A stretch of 64,000 nt of DNA from an uncultured Clostridia bacterium (lineage in GTDB: Bacteria; Bacillota; Clostridia; Oscillospirales; CAG-272): NCBI GenBank assembly GCA_944384585.1, contig CALWTY010000004.1:1563-65562 (forward strand). Direction: 5' to 3'. This document shows positions 1 to 8,604 of the stretch, piece by piece (position 1 is the stretch's first letter; every line of letters starts with the position of its first letter). The notes under the pieces were generated by a model. The model saw nothing but the letters and a program-made list of their open reading frames with translations. It was not told the DNA's origin and made no database searches. Made by a program: the position numbers and the translations under genes.

Positions 1-240
1 TGATATTGAAAATATATACTTTTCAAGGCAAGACAATCCTGATTATCCGTATGAAAAATCGCGTCCCTACGGGGAAGCGGAGATTTTTACAAGCAAATCA
101 AGTCATTCCATGTTTTTTGCGCGTCAAGAGATGAAAACTTAGTTAACGATTGGCTATCAACTATATGCTGTCCCATCGTCAGAGTAGATGGAACGTTGCC
201 GGTATGTGATAATGTGAATCTGATTGTCAAGAAGTTGTAA
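1..240 (+). pseudogene. Remnant of a nucleoside-monophosphate-kinase-like AAA (AAA_17/AAA_18-type) gene, internally deleted and frameshifted, 5' part outside the window
   Basis: Frame 2 reads DIENIYFSRQDNPDYPYEKSR. Frame 1 from about nt 55 reads ..GDFYKQIKSFHVFCASRDENLVNDWLSTICCPIVRVDGTLPVCDNVNLIVKKL* (TAA 238-240). From memory these match the N-proximal and C-terminal parts of this Clostridial family. 92 of 240 nt are G/C (38%). Confidence 0.5.
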
Positions 241-324
241 ATCAATACCAATCAATCGAACAGAGAAGGGCGCACTTCTATACACCTCGGTGCAGTGCAT
301 AACGCACGATATCGCACCGCACCA

Positions 325-350
325 AAGCCTCCCTCATCAGAGGGAGGCTT
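325..350. terminator. Perfect 11-bp hairpin (terminator or REP-like palindrome)
   Basis: AAGCCTCCCTC-ATCA-GAGGGAGGCTT. Confidence 0.55.
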
Positions 351-395
351 GAATAATCCAGCCCCAACACACGAAAATAAAATCCGACCTGTGAT

Positions 396-461
396 TGATG
401 TGCCCCCTTTCCGTAGTCTTGAAAACTTTTTTTCGAGTGTCTACTCTAAGGGACTATATCA
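396..461. mobile_element. Putative 66-bp IS3/IS150-family remnant (two ends fused, MITE-like)
   Basis: Bounded by TG...CA. Left end TGATGTGCCCCCTTTCCGTAGTC matches the reverse complement of the right end (TGATATAGTCCCTTAGAGTAGAC) at 15 of 23 positions. No transposase and no clear target-site duplication. Confidence 0.4.
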
Positions 462-675
462 GCCATAGGTCGGATTCACTGTTTTATGAGCACCCCGCAA
501 GTGCCGCGGGTCTTCTTTCCGCTTTCAAAGGGGCAAGCCGTTGCCCGGCAGGAGGGGCAGTGCGCCTGAAGAGCGCGGCTTGTGCCGGGCGTCAGCCGGG
601 GCTTGAATATGAATTATTTGTAAACAAAAGACGTTTCCGCTTGACATTCTCGATAATCGGAGGGGAGGAATCGGC

Positions 676-999
676 ATGGCGAGGATCAGATTTCAAACGT
701 TGACGGAGCAGATGTTTTATACGCTTCTATGCCTTCGGGAAGAGTGCTGCGGAATGGATATCCTCGACCGCATTCCCGCCATGACGGGGAAGCGGGTCAG
801 GATCGGATCGGGGACGCTGTATATGCTGCTCGAGCAGTTTTGCGATGCGGGCATGATCAGGGAGACGAAGGTGGAGGGACGCCGCCGCAGTTATCTTCTG
901 ACCGAAAAGGGCAGAGAAATGCTGAAGGAGGAGTGCTTGCGCCTCAGCGCGCAGCTTCAGGATTACCGAAAGGCTTTCGGGGAGGATGAAACGGAATGA
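676..999 (+). CDS. PadR family transcriptional regulator
   Basis: 107 aa; IGSGTLYMLL and RRRSYLLTEKGREML winged-helix motifs; GGAGG RBS; ATGA overlap with the next gene. Confidence 0.9.
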   Translation: MARIRFQTLTEQMFYTLLCLREECCGMDILDRIPAMTGKRVRIGSGTLYMLLEQFCDAGMIRETKVEGRRRSYLLTEKGREMLKEECLRLSAQLQDYRKAFGEDETE

Positions 1000-2343
1000 A
1001 ATACAGACTTGAGCTATTATCGTACTATGATCGGAGCGGGATCGTGCGGCATCTGGAAGGGATGGCGAAAAAGGGATGGATGCTTGAAAAGCGCATCGGG
1101 CTTCTGTGGTGCTACCGCCGCATCGAGCCGTCGGAGATCCGCTTTGCCGTCAGCTATTATCCGAAAAACTCCGACTATGCGCCGCAGCAAAGTGCAGCCG
1201 GGGAGGAATTCGACGAGCTGTGTGCCGCATCCGGCTGGGAGGCGGTCTGCCGGATCGGATCGATGCATTTTTCTGCAGCCGGAAGGAGGAGGTTCTTCCG
1301 CTGGAAACCGATCCGCAGACAGAGCTTTCCTCCCTCCATGCCGCGATGAAGCGGGGATTCCTGCCGCTCTATCGGATTCTCCTTCTCCTCTCCGCCTTCT
1401 TTTTTCTGCTATGGGTTTCCAATCTGCTCGGCGATCCCATCGATCTCCTTTCCTCATCCGGCGACTTCTTTTCCGGACTTCTCTGGGGGCTGCTCGGGAT
1501 CTATTGCGCGGAAGAGCTGCTTCGTTATTCGGGATGGTATCGAAGGTCGATGGAGGTGGTGAAGCGGGGGGAACTGCCGGAAACGCCCGATACCCGTCCC
1601 TTTCAGCGGGTCATGCTGATCCTGATACTGCTTTGCTTCCTGATCTGGGGAGCGGAATTTATCCTGAATTCCGACGGACCGCAGCGTCTGATCGGCGTGA
1701 CGATTATGGTATGGCTTCCGCTGCTATCGCTGATTCTGTACGGCGTGAGGGAAGGGCTGAAGCGCATCCGTCTGCCGGGGGCGCTCAACCGCGTGATGAC
1801 GACGGCGGTTTGCTTTCTTACGACGCTCGGCATACTGGCGCTGCTCACGGGCGGGGTTTTTGCCGGCTATTCCTCCGGCTTTTTTGAGAACAAAGACGAG
1901 GAGGGAAGTATCATCCGCATGATCCGAAAAGCGGAGCTGCCGCTGACGGCGGAGACGCTCGGATTGGGGGCGGGGATAGACATCAAGGAGTTCACCGGCA
2001 CACTGTCCTCCCTGCTCGGGCGCTTAAGCCTTCGTCAATATCCCCGCGACGGGACCTCCGACCGCCCGACGTTGACCTATACGATCGTGCCGGTCCGGCA
2101 GCAGTCGCTGTATGACCTCTGGAAAGACTGCCTCCTCGGGGATCGCGGGGCGGGTGAGGCCGATCCGACGGAATGGGGGCGCTGGAGGCGTTCCGCCTTG
2201 ATGACGGGGAGAATGGGCGGATCCCGTATCTGCTCTGTTACGAGAGACTGCTGGTTCTGATCTCCTTTTCCTCCGAGCCGACGGAGGAACAGCGTCAGCA
2301 GGCGGGGCGGCTGCTTGCGGACGTCGATTCGTCAAGCAGATGA
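996..2343 (+). pseudogene. DUF2812-domain membrane protein split by two single-base homopolymer frameshifts
   Basis: N-terminal part in ORF 996..1349 (LEGMAKKGWML, SGWE), middle in ORF 1106..2260 (PLETDP, TM helices), tail ..WGALEAFRL..YLLCYERLL..EPTEEQ* ending at TGA 2341-2343. Adding one T at T5 1268-1272 and one G at G5 2175-2179 gives a single 449-aa ORF. PadR-DUF2812 pairing is common. Confidence 0.8.
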
Positions 2344-2415
2344 TGAAATATGACGGATGAGAGGCGGATACGGGTGGAATTTTCTCATAAATTACCTAAA
2401 TTAAACCGCCGTATA

Positions 2416-2444
2416 TTGACTTCATAAATCAAATGTGCTATACT
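2416..2444 (+). promoter_or_regulatory. Sigma-A type promoter of the Dlt-like operon
   Basis: TTGACT-N17-TATACT with extended TG. Confidence 0.7.
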
Positions 2445-2547
2445 GTACCTATTAATTGTAACCGATGTCGGATTCCGCCCGGAAGCAGCGAAACGGGAGG
2501 AGAATCATCATCGGTTCAGCTCGAAACAAGTCAGGTTAGTAATAGAT

Positions 2548-4068
2548 ATGATGCAAAATAGACTGTCACTTAAGAAAATCCTGTTCGGCACGACGCCTGT
2601 CGCGGCGGTGTTTCTTCTGATTATGCTTCATACCCTGGGAAGGGGAACACCGCTCGGTTCAGAGCCCTCCATGACGGAACAGACGGAAATGATCCTGTCC
2701 ATGACAGCGGTCCGCGATGTCAGTATTTTCAGCGGTGCGCCGCTGAACGCCGAGGACTTTTTCGCGGAGGGACGTCCTGACGGAGTGAAGATTTCCTTTG
2801 AGACGATTCCCCCGACCGATCGGGCAGGTCGCTACCCCGTGGTCCTGATCCTGAGCCTCGACGGACAGAGTCAGAAGCGGGAAGCGGTCCTGACGGTGAG
2901 CGAATGTCTTTCGCTGCTTCGTCTCCCCATCGGGAGCGACCGTGTGATCTCGGTGGCTGATTTTGTCGGGAATAATGCGACCGATGCGGAATTTGTAGAC
3001 TTCTATCCCAATTCCTTCTCCCGCTCCGAGCCGGGGCTTTACCGCGGCAAGATCCGCATCGACGGACAGCTCTATGAAATCGCGCTGGAGATTGCAGACC
3101 TGACGCCTCCCACCGGCGATCCCGTGACGGGCGTCACCGTCTTTCTGAATCAGACCGTCGATCCGTCGCTTCTGGTGACAAACCTGTCGGATTACGGAAA
3201 GATTACCGTCGGTTATGCGGAAGAGCCCGATTTTTCCCGCGAAGGGGAGATCCCGGTCTCGGTGCTTCTGACCGACGATAGCGGAAATCGGGCGACCGTG
3301 GATACGGTCGTGACGGTGATCCGCGATACCGAGCCGCCGGTGTTTTCCGGCATATCGGATAAGACCATTACGGTCGGTGACGGCATTTCCTATAAAAAGG
3401 GCGTGACGGTGACCGACAACAGCGGAGAGGTGCCGGATTTCACGGTGGACAGCTCCGCCGTCAATCGCAACAAGCCCGGCGTGTATTCCGTCGTGTATAC
3501 CGCGACCGATTCGTCGGGAAATACGGCCAGGGAAACGATGACCGTCACCGTCGTCAGGGTTTCGACCGAGCAGGTCAATCGGAAGCTGGAGCAGATTGCC
3601 GCAAGGATTATTTCCGACGGCATGACGCGGGACGAAAAGATCCTGGCGGTATGGAAATACACCCGCAAGGCGATCACCTACACCGGACGGTCGGACAAAA
3701 CCGATCTCTATTCCGCTGCCTATGAGGGGCTGGTGACCGGCGGGGGAGACTGCTATACCTACTATGCGCTGAATGCGCTGCTCTTTGATTTTCTCGGAAT
3801 CGAAAACGTCGAGGTCCGGCGCGTCGACGGGCAGTCAAGACACTGGTGGAGTCTTGTGCTGTTCGAGGACGGTCTGTGGTATTTTGTCGATTCCTGCCCG
3901 CTGCCCGCCAAGATGGGACAGCACGCGGGAATGACCGGCAGGATGACCAAAAGCGATCTTGCCTATCTGACCTCGCTGTCCGATCAGATCGCCGGCGAAG
4001 AGGGCGTTTATTCCGGCTACTATGAATACGACACGGCGCTGGACGCGCTCTATGCCGTCGCGCCTTGA
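2548..4068 (+). CDS. Membrane-anchored protein with Ig-like (DUF5011-type) repeats and a C-terminal transglutaminase-like domain
   Basis: N-terminal hydrophobic segment; DTEPPVF..VVYTATDSSGNTA Ig-like unit plus earlier similar units; triad motifs GDCYTYY, RHWWSLV, YFVDSC. Confidence 0.8.
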   Translation: MMQNRLSLKKILFGTTPVAAVFLLIMLHTLGRGTPLGSEPSMTEQTEMILSMTAVRDVSIFSGAPLNAEDFFAEGRPDGVKISFETIPPTDRAGRYPVVLILSLDGQSQKREAVLTVSECLSLLRLPIGSDRVISVADFVGNNATDAEFVDFYPNSFSRSEPGLYRGKIRIDGQLYEIALEIADLTPPTGDPVTGVTVFLNQTVDPSLLVTNLSDYGKITVGYAEEPDFSREGEIPVSVLLTDDSGNRATVDTVVTVIRDTEPPVFSGISDKTITVGDGISYKKGVTVTDNSGEVPDFTVDSSAVNRNKPGVYSVVYTATDSSGNTARETMTVTVVRVSTEQVNRKLEQIAARIISDGMTRDEKILAVWKYTRKAITYTGRSDKTDLYSAAYEGLVTGGGDCYTYYALNALLFDFLGIENVEVRRVDGQSRHWWSLVLFEDGLWYFVDSCPLPAKMGQHAGMTGRMTKSDLAYLTSLSDQIAGEEGVYSGYYEYDTALDALYAVAP

Positions 4069-4116
4069 CCTTTCCCGATTTCCCGAAGACCGGCTTCCGT
4101 CCGGCATGAGGTTGAT

Positions 4117-5661
4117 ATGACGAATGTTCTTGAGTACCTTGAAAACGCGGTCCGCCTGACCCCCGATAAGATCTGCTATCTGGACGACGACTGCCGGATG
4201 ACCTTCCGCCGTGTGGCGGAGGAGGCGCGGGCGATCGGAAGCCTGCTTGCCCGCCGCGGCGTGTGCCGGAGGCCGGTCGCCGTCTTTATGAAAAAAGGCC
4301 CGCGCGCCGTCACCGCGTTCCTCGGCGCACTTTACGGGGGCTGCTTCTATGTTCCGCTCGACATTGAAATGCCGATGTTCCGGATCGAGCTGATTCTCGG
4401 GCTGCTCGGAGATTGCCCGATCCTCTGCGACGACGCTTCCCTCCCCGTGCTGAAAAAGCTCGGAAGGGAGGAGGACGCGGTCCTCTATGAGACCGCCGCG
4501 GCGGAGGAGACGGACGAGGAGGCGCTTGATGAGGTGAGACGGCACGGAATCGATACCGATCCCGTATATGTGCTGTTCACCTCCGGCTCGACCGGTATTC
4601 CCAAGGGAGTCATCACCTCGCATCGCGCCCTGATCGACTATGTCGATCACCTGTCGCAGATCCTGCGGGTCGATTCCGAATCGGTCTTCGGAAATCAGAC
4701 CCCGCTCTATACCGACGCCTGTCTCAAGGATCTCTATCCCACGCTGAAATGCGGCGCGACGACGGTTTTTATTCCGAAATCCCTCTTTTCCTTTCCGGTC
4801 AGGCTTCTGGAGTATCTCAATCGCCATCGGATCAATACCGTTTGCTGGGTCGCCTCGGCGCTCTCGATCGTTTCCTCGCTCGGCGCTCTTGATTCGGTGA
4901 AGCCCCGTGAGCTTCGCACCGTCGCCTTCGGCTCGGAGGTCTTTCCCGTGCGGCAGCTCCTGCTTTGGCAGAAGGCTCTTCCCGAGGCGCGGTTCATCAA
5001 TCTCTACGGCCCGACGGAATGCACTGGCTGCTGTTGCTTCTATGAGCTTGACCGCCCCTTTGAGACGGAGGAGGTCATTCCCATCGGCAAGCCCTTTCCG
5101 AACGCCGGCGTCTTTCTCCTTTCGGAGGAGGATCGCCCCGTCCCGCAGGGAGAGCTCGGCGAGATCTGCATCAAAGGAACGGGCCTTGCCTACGGCTATT
5201 ATAAGAATCCTCAGAGAACGGCGGAGGTCTTCGTTCAGAATCCTCTCAACGACGCCTACCCGGAGCGCATCTATCGGACGGGAGACCTCGGTCGCTTCAA
5301 CGAGCGGGGAGAGCTGATCTATGTGACCCGCAAGGATTTTCAGATCAAGCATATGGGGTATCGGATCGAACTGGGAGAGATCGAGGTGGTTTGCGCCGCC
5401 TGCGAGGGCGTATCGCTCTGCTGCGCGGTCTATGATCGTGAGAAAAAGCGCATCCTCCTCTACTATACCGGCGAAACGGAAAAAGGAACGCTGCTCGGTT
5501 ATCTCAAGGGAAAGCTGCCGCGGTATATGCTGCCGGCAGAGCTGATCCGGCTGCGCCAAATGCCGCTGACGCTCAATCGGAAGATCGACAGGAAGCGGCT
5601 GGAAACGGAGGGCGCGCCGGAGGAAGCGGCGGAGGAGAGCCGCCGACTGATTTCAGACTGA
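4117..5661 (+). CDS. Stand-alone amino-acid adenylation enzyme (DltA-like)
   Basis: LFTSGSTGIPKG, NLYGPTE, YRTGDLG, KHMGYRIELGEIE, NRKIDR core motifs. Confidence 0.9.
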   Translation: MTNVLEYLENAVRLTPDKICYLDDDCRMTFRRVAEEARAIGSLLARRGVCRRPVAVFMKKGPRAVTAFLGALYGGCFYVPLDIEMPMFRIELILGLLGDCPILCDDASLPVLKKLGREEDAVLYETAAAEETDEEALDEVRRHGIDTDPVYVLFTSGSTGIPKGVITSHRALIDYVDHLSQILRVDSESVFGNQTPLYTDACLKDLYPTLKCGATTVFIPKSLFSFPVRLLEYLNRHRINTVCWVASALSIVSSLGALDSVKPRELRTVAFGSEVFPVRQLLLWQKALPEARFINLYGPTECTGCCCFYELDRPFETEEVIPIGKPFPNAGVFLLSEEDRPVPQGELGEICIKGTGLAYGYYKNPQRTAEVFVQNPLNDAYPERIYRTGDLGRFNERGELIYVTRKDFQIKHMGYRIELGEIEVVCAACEGVSLCCAVYDREKKRILLYYTGETEKGTLLGYLKGKLPRYMLPAELIRLRQMPLTLNRKIDRKRLETEGAPEEAAEESRRLISD

Positions 5662-5693
5662 TACCGCGGCTGCGGGGAAGGGAATATAACAAT

Positions 5694-5921
5694 ATGGATA
5701 AGATCATTTCGATGCTCAGGGAGCTTCATCCCGATATCGACTTCGAGACGGCGGAGGCGCTGGTGGACGACGGGATTCTCGATTCGATGGATATCGTATC
5801 ACTGGTGACGGCGATTTACGACGAGTTTGACGTGCGGATCCCCGCCGACAGAATTCTGCCGGAGAATTTCAATTCCGCCGCGGCGCTCGGAAAACTGGTC
5901 AATGAACTGATCGACGAATGA
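5694..5921 (+). CDS. Acyl/aminoacyl carrier protein (DltC-like)
   Basis: 75 aa, acidic; GILDSMDIV phosphopantetheine site. Confidence 0.9.
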   Translation: MDKIISMLRELHPDIDFETAEALVDDGILDSMDIVSLVTAIYDEFDVRIPADRILPENFNSAAALGKLVNELIDE

Positions 5922-7510
5922 GCTTTACCTCCTTTTCGTTTGCGCTGTTTTTTCTCGTCCTTACGCTGCTCTACTATACCGTGGCCGGGAAAAAGCAGTG
6001 GCAGCTTTTGCTGATTGCCGGCTATTTCTTTTATGCCTGCGCCGATCCCCGCTATCTGATCTTCATTCTGGTCACGACTGCCTCCGCATATCTTGTCACG
6101 ATGCGCTTTACGGCGCTCCGACGGGAGCTTGGACGATGGTTTGACGAGCATCCCGAACTGACCCGCGAGGAGAGAAAGAGATACAAGGAAAAAACGGCGT
6201 CCCGCTGTCGGAAATGGCTGCTGCTTGCCGTTTTGCTGAACTTCGGGATTCTGTTCACCTTCAAATACCTGAACTTTTTCCTTGTCAATCTCGATTCGCT
6301 GTTCGGCCTTTTCGGAGGGGGACTGCCGGTCACATCGGTCAGGCTGCTGCTTCCGCTGGGACTTTCGTTTTATATTTTTCAAACGATCGGCTATGTGGCG
6401 GATATTTATTTCGGAAAATACGAAGCCGAACGGAATCCCTTTCGGCTGGCTTTGTTTGTCTCCTTCTTTCCCCAGCTTCTGCAAGGGCCGATCGGGCGCT
6501 ATAATCTGATGGCGCCCACCCTCTTTGCTTCTCATGCCTATGATTCCAAAGCCGTGCGCTTCGGACTTCAGCGGATGCTTTGGGGGTATTTCAAGAAAAT
6601 CGTGATCGCTGACCGACTGATCAAGCCGGTCTCGACGATCGGCGGCGCTCCCGAGGAATACGGCGGCGTCTTTGTGCTGCTTGGGATGCTGCTCTATGCG
6701 GCGCAGCTCTACTGCGACTTTACCGGAGGGATCGATATCACCATCGGCTCAGCGGAGGTGCTGGGCGTCCGGTTGAGCGAGAACTTCAATCGCCCCTTCT
6801 TCTCCAAGAGCGTTGCGGAGTATTGGCGTCGCTGGCATATTACCCTCGGCACCTGGTTCAAGGATTATACCTTCTATCCCCTGTCGACGAGCAAAGCGAT
6901 GATGAAGCTTTCGAAATGGACCAAGGGCAGATTCGGCCCTGCCGTCGCGCGGCGCGTCCCCGTCTATCTCTCCACCGTGATCCTGTGGCTTGCGACCGGC
7001 GCGTGGCACGGCGCGAAATGGAACTTTATCGTCTGGGGACTCGGAAACTGTCTTGTCATCCTGATTTCACAGGAGCTGACGCCCCTATACCGCCGCTTTT
7101 ACGAGCGCTTTCCGAAGCTGCATCGCTCCCGCTTCTGGGACGGAGTGCAGGTGCTTCGCACCAACGGCATCATGTGCCTGCTTCGCACCCTTGACTGCTA
7201 CGCTTCCCCCGGGGCGGCGTTCTTTGCGATCGGAACGATCTTTACCCGCATGAACGGCGGCGCGCTGACGACGGATGCGCTGCTTGAGCTTGGACTGAAG
7301 CCGGCGGATATTGCGGTGACGGCGGTCGGGGTGCTGATCGTCTTTGCCGTCAGCATGGCGGGACGGAGCGGATCGGTCAGAGAAAAGCTCGCCCGGCTTC
7401 CCGCAGGCGTCCGGGTCCTGCTTTTCGGCGCGCTGTTCTTCTCGATTCTGGTGTTCGGCGCTTACGGCATCGGATACGACGCGGGACAGTTTATCTATAC
7501 GCAGTTTTAA
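5918..7510 (+). CDS. MBOAT family O-acyltransferase (DltB/AlgI-like) with C-terminal DltX-like motif
   Basis: LPLGLSFYIFQ, SFFPQLLQGPI, EYWRRWHITLGTWF, TGAWHG (catalytic His); ends in FIYTQF. Confidence 0.92.
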   Translation: MSFTSFSFALFFLVLTLLYYTVAGKKQWQLLLIAGYFFYACADPRYLIFILVTTASAYLVTMRFTALRRELGRWFDEHPELTREERKRYKEKTASRCRKWLLLAVLLNFGILFTFKYLNFFLVNLDSLFGLFGGGLPVTSVRLLLPLGLSFYIFQTIGYVADIYFGKYEAERNPFRLALFVSFFPQLLQGPIGRYNLMAPTLFASHAYDSKAVRFGLQRMLWGYFKKIVIADRLIKPVSTIGGAPEEYGGVFVLLGMLLYAAQLYCDFTGGIDITIGSAEVLGVRLSENFNRPFFSKSVAEYWRRWHITLGTWFKDYTFYPLSTSKAMMKLSKWTKGRFGPAVARRVPVYLSTVILWLATGAWHGAKWNFIVWGLGNCLVILISQELTPLYRRFYERFPKLHRSRFWDGVQVLRTNGIMCLLRTLDCYASPGAAFFAIGTIFTRMNGGALTTDALLELGLKPADIAVTAVGVLIVFAVSMAGRSGSVREKLARLPAGVRVLLFGALFFSILVFGAYGIGYDAGQFIYTQF

Positions 7511-7522
7511 GGCGGTGGCGAA

Positions 7523-8590
7523 ATGAAAAAACGGCTTGCGGCTGTTGCGGTCTGCCTGTCGGCGGTGCTGATCTTCTTCGCATTGCAGGCGCTGCTCACG
7601 CCGAAATACATCACCGAGGCGCAGGAGGGCAATCTCCTTGCGGAATATTACGATTCCGGGAAAAATCACGACGTGATCTTTATCGGGGATTGCGAGGTCT
7701 ATGAAAACATCGACCCGGTTGTGCTGTGGAGAGAATACGGAATTTCCTCCTATGTCAGAGGCTCGCCCCAGCAGCTGATCTGGATGTCCTATTATCTCAT
7801 GGAGGAGACCCTGCGGTACGAGAAGCCCGATGTCTTCGTCTTCAACGTGCTGGCAATGAAATACGGGGAGCCTCAGAGCGAGGCCTATAACCGGCTGGCG
7901 CATGACGGAATGAGACTGTCAGGGAGCAAGCTGCGCTCCGTCCGGGCATCGATGACCGAGGAGGAGAGCTTCCTCTCCTATCTTTTTCCGCTCCTACGCT
8001 ATCATTCCCGCTGGTCGGAGCTGGATAAGAACGATCTGAAATATTGGTTCAAACCCGCCCCTCAGATTTCCTGTGCCGGCTATCTGATGCGGGTGGATAC
8101 CAAAGGGATCGATTTCATCCCGCCGGGACAGGAGCTGCCCGACTATCGGTTTTCCGGGCTCTGCTATGAATATCTCGATAAAATGACGGCGCTCTGCCGC
8201 GAAAACGGGATCGAGCTTGTGCTGATCAAGGCGCCCTCCCTCAGCCCCTATTGGTATGATCAGTGGGATGAGCAGATCGAGGAATATGCCGAGAAAAACG
8301 ACCTTTTGTATTACAACTTCCTTGAAATGTCGGAGCAGACCGGCATTGATTATATGACCGATACCTACGACGCGGGCCTTCATCTGAATCTCGCGGGGGC
8401 GGAGAAGCTCACCCGCCTGATGGGGGAGCTTTTGATGCGGGAATACGATCTGACCGATCACCGCGGCGACGCGGCGTATCGGGAGGAATGGGATCGGATC
8501 GCGGCGTTCCACGACAGGGTCAAGGCGCATCAGGAGAAAGAGCTTGCCGAGAATGGCTACTTGTCGGGCTTTACCTATTTTGAAGATTGA
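7523..8590 (+). CDS. SGNH-like / DltD-like extracytoplasmic acyltransferase
   Basis: N-terminal signal anchor; block I VIFIGDCEVY; block V YDAGLHLNLAGA. Confidence 0.75.
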   Translation: MKKRLAAVAVCLSAVLIFFALQALLTPKYITEAQEGNLLAEYYDSGKNHDVIFIGDCEVYENIDPVVLWREYGISSYVRGSPQQLIWMSYYLMEETLRYEKPDVFVFNVLAMKYGEPQSEAYNRLAHDGMRLSGSKLRSVRASMTEEESFLSYLFPLLRYHSRWSELDKNDLKYWFKPAPQISCAGYLMRVDTKGIDFIPPGQELPDYRFSGLCYEYLDKMTALCRENGIELVLIKAPSLSPYWYDQWDEQIEEYAEKNDLLYYNFLEMSEQTGIDYMTDTYDAGLHLNLAGAEKLTRLMGELLMREYDLTDHRGDAAYREEWDRIAAFHDRVKAHQEKELAENGYLSGFTYFED

Positions 8591-8604
8591 GAAAGGATGG
8601 AATC

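Noticed and set aside
395-703. 102-aa ORF upstream of padR
   Set aside because: Starts inside the IS-like scar, crosses the padR promoter/RBS region, and has no recognisable motif
3835-5559. Long antisense ORFs (also 13372..15207, 18000..19718, 19752..21284, 23340..25448, 28908..31256, 45861..48095, 50980..53382 and others)
   Set aside because: They mirror well-supported genes on the opposite strand. Stop-poor shadow frames are expected in GC-rich coding DNA, and they show no motifs or RBS.
4117-5921. Adenylation domain + carrier protein as an NRPS secondary-metabolite cluster
   Set aside because: No condensation or thioesterase domain; the MBOAT and SGNH context indicates envelope acylation
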